Origin: Armatimonadota bacterium
GTDB lineage: Bacteria; Armatimonadota; Hebobacteria; CAIYQO01
Assembly (NCBI GenBank): GCA_038248345.1
Contig: JBBRXO010000073.1
Span: 1 to 13,512, forward strand
Length of the DNA stretch: 13,512 nt
Reading direction: 5' to 3'
Numbering within the stretch: the stretch's first letter is position 1; each line of letters starts with the position of its first letter. Shown one piece after another: positions 8,518 to 13,512 of the stretch. The notes under the pieces are model-generated. The model made no database searches. It was given only the letters and a program-made list of their open reading frames with translations, and was not told the DNA's origin. A program made the translations under genes and the position numbers.

Positions 8518-8546
8518 AGTATATCATATCTTCTATTCAGTGACAA
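8518..8546 (-). promoter_or_regulatory. Proximal nusA promoter
   Basis: TTGTCA (8546-8541), 17-bp spacer, extended -10 TGaTATACT (-10 at 8523-8518). Confidence 0.7.
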
Positions 8547-8664
8547 GGAATATACACGAAAGCAAGCTAGAAAACAAGCCTCCCACGCCCAGAACGCCAG
8601 GCAACTGGCTTCATGAAATACCGGCTGGAGACGACGGTGATATGCGGGGCGGGCGCTAAATACG

Positions 8665-8693
8665 ATACTATTGGCGCGGTGTTCGAATGTCAA
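8665..8693 (-). promoter_or_regulatory. Distal promoter facing nusA
   Basis: TTGACA (8693-8688), 17-bp spacer, TAGTAT (8670-8665). Confidence 0.55.
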
Positions 8694-8711
8694 CAGTTTT
8701 TCGGGATTTTC

Positions 8712-8720
8712 TGCTAGAAT
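8712..8720 (+). promoter_or_regulatory. Candidate extended -10 promoter for kdsC
   Basis: TGcTAGAAT about 50 nt upstream of the ATG; no recognisable -35. Confidence 0.4.
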
Positions 8721-8772
8721 TAACATGCCGGAAACATCCGAAGTGGAATATCGAGAAGGTGAGGAGATTATT

Positions 8773-9321
8773 ATGTCTGATACCGAGGCGGCACAGAATA
8801 TCAAGATGCTGGTCTGCGATGTGGACGGCACACTGACCGACGGAACTATCTATTATAGTGATGGCGGGGTGGAGAGTAAGGCCTTCAGCGTGAAGGATGG
8901 GCTGGGTATCCGCCTGGCTATCGAGAGCGGCCTGGCTATCGTCTGGCTCACCGGGCGCAGCAGCGCCGCGGTGGCCCGCCGGGCGCAGGAGCTGGGCGTG
9001 GAGGTGACACAGGGAGCCAGCAACAAGGACACCGGCCTGCGCGAGATTGCCGTCGCGCACCATCTATTGCTGGAGGAGATCGCCTACATTGGCGACGACC
9101 TCAACGACATCCCCGCGCTGGCCATCGCCGGCCTGCCCATCGCCGTTGCCGGCAGCGCCGCCCAGGTGCTGGATATCACCGCCTATGTCACCACATCCGA
9201 GGGCGGCAAAGGCGCAGTGCGCGAGGCCATCGAGTTCATCCTGGATGCACAAGGCCGCCTGCAAGAATCCGCCACCAACTTCGTGAACCGGCTCACCCTG
9301 GGCGATGAATCGGGGCAGTGA
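8773..9321 (+). CDS. kdsC: KdsC/YrbI-family HAD phosphatase (KDO 8-phosphate phosphatase-like), 182 aa
   Basis: IKMLVCDVDGTLTDG, KAFSVKDGLGI, LTGR, AYIGDDLND and GGKGAVRE motifs. ATG at 8773 after GAGGAG. Exact substrate is inferred. Confidence 0.88.
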   Translation: MSDTEAAQNIKMLVCDVDGTLTDGTIYYSDGGVESKAFSVKDGLGIRLAIESGLAIVWLTGRSSAAVARRAQELGVEVTQGASNKDTGLREIAVAHHLLLEEIAYIGDDLNDIPALAIAGLPIAVAGSAAQVLDITAYVTTSEGGKGAVREAIEFILDAQGRLQESATNFVNRLTLGDESGQ

Positions 9322-9327
9322 GGGGTA

Positions 9328-9825
9328 CTAATTCTTACCCAGGCTCTTCGCCAGGAATTTCATGGATAGGTACATCTTTTCCGGTGCGCCAGGCATGGGG
9401 ATGAAGTCGAATTTTTGATAGAACTTCGCTGCTCCCTCATTGATCGGGTCGACTATCACGGCATGGGTGCCGATGCGGGTGGAGAGCTCGTAGGAAGAAT
9501 AGAGCGCGTGCATCAGTAGTTGTGCTCCGTATCCCTTCCCTTGATAGATGCTGGCAATAGCAAGACGACCGAGTAGGACTACCGGGATACGTTGCACGCG
9601 AATTTTCGGGTCGTCCAATTCAGCAGACAGTACCGAATTCATCGCCAGCGTGTAGTAACCGATTATCGTGCGCGGCTTCTCCGGCGTGGTTGCCACCCAG
9701 GTCACCCCCAGGCCGCGCGTTTGAAACTGTCGTGCATATGCATGCAGGAACAAGTTTAATGAAGGTTCGGCGCATGCAAAAGCGGCGCGATCATAGTACT
9801 CGGGATCAAGGTGTGCTATGATCAC
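9328..9825 (-). CDS. GNAT acetyltransferase toxin of a type II TA pair (AtaT/TacT-like)
   Basis: DRAAFAC..LN.FL, IIGYYTL, IPVVLLGRLAI, acetyl-CoA motif QGKGYG and AKFYQKFDF. GTG start overlaps the antitoxin stop (GTGA). Confidence 0.9.
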   Translation of the reverse strand: MIIAHLDPEYYDRAAFACAEPSLNLFLHAYARQFQTRGLGVTWVATTPEKPRTIIGYYTLAMNSVLSAELDDPKIRVQRIPVVLLGRLAIASIYQGKGYGAQLLMHALYSSYELSTRIGTHAVIVDPINEGAAKFYQKFDFIPMPGAPEKMYLSMKFLAKSLGKN

Positions 9826-10121
9826 CCGTGATACCTGCCATCAACGAATTTACCTTGCTTAAATCGCTCCATAGCGGCGGTGAACCTTGGACTGGGTGAT
9901 GTATCTGCCCCCAATTCTGCGACAAATGCATCCCAGTCGGCGCGTGCAAGCCGGATCGGCTCATCCTCTTGCACCACTTCCCGCGCCGCCAGTAGCATGG
10001 TACTGATGATAAAATCCGTCAAACGTAGCCCGGATTTCTTCGCCGCAAGTTCCAACAACACTTTATCTTCCGCTGAAATACGGCAATCAAGCCGCGCACT
10101 TCTATTTTTTGTGATACTCAT
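9822..10121 (-). CDS. DUF1778 ribbon-helix-helix antitoxin (AtaR/TacA-like)
   Basis: RSARLDCRISAEDKVLLELAA, LTDFII and IRLARADWDAFVAEL...P.P pattern; 99 aa, directly upstream of the GNAT gene. Confidence 0.9.
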   Translation of the reverse strand: MSITKNRSARLDCRISAEDKVLLELAAKKSGLRLTDFIISTMLLAAREVVQEDEPIRLARADWDAFVAELGADTSPSPRFTAAMERFKQGKFVDGRYHG

Positions 10122-10134
10122 TGTTATGACCTCT

Positions 10135-10173
10135 GTATAATTATACCATAGATGTACTACAATTGGTTTACAT
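10135..10173 (-). promoter_or_regulatory. TA promoter with palindromic operator candidates
   Basis: Extended -10 TGgTATAAT (10148-10140) overlapping the perfect palindrome GTATAATTATAC (10135-10146); interrupted palindrome ATGTA-cta-CAATTG-gtt-TACAT (10152-10173) over the -35 region. Confidence 0.65.
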
Positions 10174-10195
10174 ATTCTTCTTATTCATAGTGGCA

Positions 10196-10449
10196 CCCCC
10201 CGGGTACGCAGGGGGCCCGCCTGCCTCGCAGTTCCCGCTGGGATTGAAATCCCGGCTGCCGGGCGCTTCCTCCTTCGCCATCCTGGCTACGGCGGACATG
10301 TCGCGCCGGTCGTCCGCCTTCGCGGACTTTCCTGAACCGAATGATAGCGCCCTTCAGGGTGCTTGCCGTTGTTAGCCACCTCCTTCAGGGAGTGGTGTTA
10401 GGAATTGAAACCCCGTTCTCATGGGCGGGACGCCTGCGCTCCCAGGTGG
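10196..10449. repeat. Nested cluster of REP-like palindromes
   Basis: Imperfect outer inverted pair (about 10196-10223 and 10422-10449) enclosing hairpins at 10237-10256, 10271-10296, 10312-10327, 10346-10363 and 10375-10396. Confidence 0.75.
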
Positions 10450-10451
10450 AT

Positions 10452-11039
10452 TCAAAACCGCCAGCAGGCCCCGATGCCCACGCCTTTGCTGGTGGCTGAT
10501 ACGGTGGGGACCCATGCGGGCACGTCGCGGGCGGTGAGCCGCCAGTAGTCGAGCAGGGCGGGGAGGGCGAGCAGGGCGCTGAGTTCGGCGGTGCTGAGGC
10601 CGGTAGTCTGGCTGATCCCGCGCAGGTCGCCGTGTGGTTGATTGCGCAGTACGGTGAGATAGGCGGCGCTGACTACCAGGTGGCCGGCGACTACTCCTGC
10701 CGCTGTCGGGTCCATCGGTTCGCCGGGGTGGCGCGCCTCGTGGTCGCGCAGGATAGCTTCACTTAGCAGCCATTGCGCCTGGAACCCTGCGGAGGAGATC
10801 TGCAAGCGTTGTGCGGGCGACATCGGTGGCCCGGCGTAGATGAGCGAGCCATCCACCATTGTTACGCCGTACCCCTCGCTATTGGCCACGATCACGTGCC
10901 CCAGCTCATGCGCCAGCACGCCGGCGGCCACCCCGGTGAGGAAGGGCGTGGGATGATCGTTGATATCATCCCACGTCAATGCCTGCGCCCAGAGCGGCAG
11001 TGCGAGGAATGTTAAAACTACTGTTAATAGGATGCGCAT
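10452..11039 (-). CDS. Membrane protein with signal peptide and HExxH motif; possible M50-like zinc metallopeptidase
   Basis: Signal peptide ending LWAQA; hydrophobic helix ending AHELGH; later ISSAGF and PHGD segments at spacing reminiscent of M50-like proteins; GC-rich third positions. Confidence 0.65.
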   Translation of the reverse strand: MRILLTVVLTFLALPLWAQALTWDDINDHPTPFLTGVAAGVLAHELGHVIVANSEGYGVTMVDGSLIYAGPPMSPAQRLQISSAGFQAQWLLSEAILRDHEARHPGEPMDPTAAGVVAGHLVVSAAYLTVLRNQPHGDLRGISQTTGLSTAELSALLALPALLDYWRLTARDVPAWVPTVSATSKGVGIGACWRF

Positions 11040-11117
11040 GGTGTACCTGATGCTGGTGGTAGTGCTCTAACGTGAACTACTGCCCACAACTCAAAATAAA
11101 TATTTGTCCAGCAAGCA

Positions 11118-11150
11118 ATCGTGGCATGGGCGTCCCGCCCCTGCCACGAT
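11118..11150. repeat. REP-like hairpin
   Basis: ATCGTGGCA-t-GGGCG-tcc-CGCCC-c-TGCCACGAT; its core GGCGTCCCGCCC is the reverse complement of 10423-10434. Confidence 0.7.
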
Positions 11151-11195
11151 GTACCCATAATGTGTTTTTTGAACTACTAACCTTTCGATTGGGCA

Positions 11196-11233
11196 CCCCC
11201 TTCCCGCGCCGGGAAGGGGGCCGGGGGGGTAGG
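11196..11233. repeat. REP-like hairpin with G-rich flank directly after the eda stop
   Basis: Perfect 11-bp stem CCCCCTTCCCG-cgc-CGGGAAGGGGG followed by CCGGGGGGGTAGG. Confidence 0.7.
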
Positions 11234-11881
11234 TTACTCGCGTGCCGCCGCCACCACGGCCATCAGCTCTTTCGCAGTGTCAGTGAGTGCCTGCCAGTTG
11301 CCCGCCTTGATCGCTACCTTATCCACCAGCTTGCCGCCCACGCCCAGCGCCATGGCACCGGCTTTGATGTATTCGGCGGCGTTATTCACGTCGATACCGC
11401 CGGTGGGGAGCATGTTGATCCATGGGAACGGCCCGCGCAGGTCCTTCAGGTAGGCGGCACCCAGGCGTGATGCCGGGAAGATCTTGAATACTTCCACGCC
11501 CAGCTTGCGCGCAGCGAGGATCTCGGTGGGGGTGAAGACGCCGGGGAAGAAGGGCCGCCCCTGTGCCATGGTGTAGCGCACGATCTCATGGTCGAAGCCG
11601 GGGCTGACCAGGAACTCCGCGCCGGCCTCTATGGCCAACTGCGCCTGCGCCATGGTGGTGACGGTGCCCGCGCCCAGGATGATGGAGTCGCCCATCTCCT
11701 GCGCCAGTTTGGCGATAATCTTCTCGGCATTGGGCACGGTGAAGGTGACCTCGATCCCGTGCACCCCGCCCGCCCGCACTGCCCGCACCGCGCCCAGCGC
11801 CTCTGCTTCACTCTCGGCGCGCACCACTGCCACCACGCCGCAAGCCTTCACCGCGGCGATAACTTCTGCTGTTGTTCTCAT
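11234..11881 (-). CDS. eda: KDPG/KHG aldolase
   Basis: VAVVR, IEVT, GAGTV, FLVSPG, PGVFTPTE, Schiff-base KIFPA and PTGGI motifs; GAGGA RBS. Confidence 0.94.
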   Translation of the reverse strand: MRTTAEVIAAVKACGVVAVVRAESEAEALGAVRAVRAGGVHGIEVTFTVPNAEKIIAKLAQEMGDSIILGAGTVTTMAQAQLAIEAGAEFLVSPGFDHEIVRYTMAQGRPFFPGVFTPTEILAARKLGVEVFKIFPASRLGAAYLKDLRGPFPWINMLPTGGIDVNNAAEYIKAGAMALGVGGKLVDKVAIKAGNWQALTDTAKELMAVVAAARE

Positions 11882-11986
11882 TTGGTTTCCTCATTGATTG
11901 GTAAATAAAAGTCATTCAGTACCATACCATATTTCCGGTAACCCTGCCACTATCGAAAGTGGCTAAGGCAGACCAGATACAACGCA

Positions 11987-12013
11987 GTTCCGCTCAATTA
12001 TTATGAACGGAAC
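11987..12013 (-). terminator. Possible weak terminator or stabilising hairpin
   Basis: Minus strand GTTCCGTTCA-TAATAAT-TGAGCGGAAC, 31 nt after the stop at 12045; poor U-tract. Confidence 0.4.
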
Positions 12014-12044
12014 AGCTCTTGTGCTTAGTGTTCTTCTCACTAGC

Positions 12045-12776
12045 CTATCTGGGGGTGGTATTGAATTTGCAGGATGCTCCGACGATGAGACCGCCGGAGT
12101 TTGTGCCATATGTCCCCAGATTTGAGTTGGTATAGCCTACCTGGGCAGCCCAGGTGTTGTTGATTGGGAAGCGTGCGGTAAGCGCCATCATTGGTTGATT
12201 ATCTTTGTTGCTCCCGCCAAACTGAAGTTCAGCGTTGAGATTCAGGCCGCCACTATATGTGGCATCAACAGAAGCATACGGACGCAAGATGGTGGAATTC
12301 GGAGCGAAGTTGTAGTTTAATCCCACCGATGCGGCAACAGCAGGATGACTCTCATTCATCTCAGTTACCTGGCGTGTGCCCACAACGTAAATGCTGGTGT
12401 CGTGGAATGAACCACTTGCATCCTGGTAGTTGATCCCGACAGCTACTTTGTCGGTATTTTTCAGGTTCAGACCAGACAACTGATATTTGGCATTAACGCC
12501 GATGGCATTGTTGTCAGCCCCGTTCTTGTCCGTATCGAAATACCCAGCTACACCGACCTCCAGATTAGTGGCGATACCGTAAACACCACGCAAAACCATG
12601 AAGTTATGATTGCTACCCATCATAAAGTCGTCGGCGATTTGCCCGTTGTTGAGCGCGGAAACTGTGGCATCGGGTAGATTCGTGCCTCCGGTAGGACCGG
12701 AAAGCGAGGGGGCGGCGAATGCTGCCATAGATAGCACGATGGTTAATGCAGCGGACACGATTGTTGCGATTTTCAT
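12045..12776 (-). CDS. Exported, probable outer-membrane beta-barrel protein, 243 aa (YjbH-like N-terminal motif)
   Basis: Signal peptide MKIATIVSAALTIVLSMAAFA; SLSGPTGGTNLPDA motif; alternating hydrophobic strands (LEVGVAGY, IGVNAKYQL, VAVGINY, LNLNAELQF, LIVGASCKF). ATG at 12776 after GAGGT, so the ORF-track extension to 12875 is rejected. Confidence 0.7.
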   Translation of the reverse strand: MKIATIVSAALTIVLSMAAFAAPSLSGPTGGTNLPDATVSALNNGQIADDFMMGSNHNFMVLRGVYGIATNLEVGVAGYFDTDKNGADNNAIGVNAKYQLSGLNLKNTDKVAVGINYQDASGSFHDTSIYVVGTRQVTEMNESHPAVAASVGLNYNFAPNSTILRPYASVDATYSGGLNLNAELQFGGSNKDNQPMMALTARFPINNTWAAQVGYTNSNLGTYGTNSGGLIVGASCKFNTTPR

Positions 12777-12886
12777 TTTGTTTACCTCTTTCTTACACTG
12801 TGAAGGATTATCCTTCATCATCAGCATGTCAAATATTTTACCATTTATTGGAGATGAGAAAGTGCTATATTTCATACATATACCCC

Positions 12887-12900
12887 TATTTGTACAAATA
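12887..12900. promoter_or_regulatory. Perfect 14-bp palindrome, candidate operator
   Basis: TATTTGTACAAATA in the AT-rich region upstream of the barrel gene. Confidence 0.45.
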
Positions 12901-12949
12901 AGTCACAGTCATTGTATGATGATAAAATCACCGAATGGTCAAATGCGAT

Positions 12950-12990
12950 AAACTCCCGCCTGCTAATACTAATTAGCAGGCGGGAGTTTT
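12950..12990. terminator. Intrinsic terminator, possibly bidirectional
   Basis: Perfect 18-bp stem AAACTCCCGCCTGCTAAT-acta-ATTAGCAGGCGGGAGTTT with short T runs on both strands, 26 nt after the stop at 13017. Confidence 0.85.
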
Positions 12991-13016
12991 GCATTATATT
13001 CAGTTGTCTGGAGAGC

Positions 13017-13511
13017 CTATCTCTTGTTATCGAAGCTATACACTGCGCCGAGGATCACGCCAGTTGAACTGGTGCCATAGGTACCCAAATATGAGTTGGT
13101 AATACCGGCCTCAACGTTCCAGTTGGTATTGATGGGGTAGCGCGCGGTTAAGGCATACATGGGGTTGGACTCGTAGTCGCTACCGCTTAACTGCAGTTCG
13201 GCGTTGATATTCAGTCCGCTGTTATATCTGGCATCAGCGGAGATAAATGGGCGTAGTGAGCTTGAACCAGGGGCCATATTGTAATTGAGTCCCACGGAGG
13301 CGTTGATAGCCGGCTTATCCGCATCCATCGCGCTGATCTGGCGTGTGCCTACCAGATAGATGCTGGTGTTGTTGTCGGGGATGTCACCGCGTACTCCGCC
13401 GCCATCAGCCCGTAAGGCATCGCGAGAGATGCCGTTGTTGGTGGCGTGGAATGAACCATTGGCATCCTGGTAGTTGATCCCGACGGCTACTTTGTCGCTA
13501 CTTTGCAGGCC
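13017..13511 (-). CDS. Paralog of the 12045-12776 protein; 3' part only, start lies beyond the window
   Basis: Frame is open to the window edge (GLQSSDKVAVGINYQDANGSFH...NTSIYLVGTRQISAMDADKPAINASVGLNYN...) and aligns colinearly with the neighbour except for one 25-aa insertion. Confidence 0.85.
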   Translation of the reverse strand, partial: GLQSSDKVAVGINYQDANGSFHATNNGISRDALRADGGGVRGDIPDNNTSIYLVGTRQISAMDADKPAINASVGLNYNMAPGSSSLRPFISADARYNSGLNINAELQLSGSDYESNPMYALTARYPINTNWNVEAGITNSYLGTYGTSSTGVILGAVYSFDNKR

Positions 13512-13512
13512 C

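Noticed and set aside
8676..8695. tRNA T-loop-like GTTCGAAT upstream of nusA
   Set aside because: No T-stem, cloverleaf or CCA end; it falls in a promoter spacer.
8671..8772. N-terminal extension of kdsC in the ORF track
   Set aside because: It overlaps promoter elements; the strong RBS and family length point to ATG 8773.
10196..10449. CRISPR array (ATTGAAA at 10243 and 10404 resembles repeat ends)
   Set aside because: No identical, regularly spaced direct repeats and no cas genes; the units are heterogeneous palindromes.
13017..13328. 103-aa stand-alone ORF from the ORF track
   Set aside because: It is only the C-terminal part of a longer gene whose frame is open to the window edge.

Overview
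Bacterial chromosomal window, mostly on the minus strand. Left to right: a complete 1,816-bp single-ORF IS66-family element (perfect 21-bp terminal inverted repeats, probable 8-bp target duplication) 32 bp past the stop of a SigH-type sigma factor; a stand-alone trpC; a nusA-ylxR-infB cluster with no rimP, ylxQ or rbfA; a divergent kdsC-type phosphatase; a DUF1778/GNAT toxin-antitoxin pair; an HExxH membrane protein; eda; and two tandem paralogous beta-barrel-like exported proteins, the second cut by the window edge. SigH and YlxR together with KdsC and barrel-like proteins suggest a diderm Terrabacteria member such as Armatimonadota (inference only). The most notable signals are mostly non-coding: an IS-borne near-consensus promoter aimed antisense into sigH, a bidirectional promoter ahead of sigH, two nested REP/REPIN-like foldbacks, a probable NusA-dependent attenuator, and a 25-aa RGD-containing insertion in one barrel paralog. 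I see no clear wholly new multi-gene system; these are candidates to test. All calls were made by eye, with no database search or folding computation.
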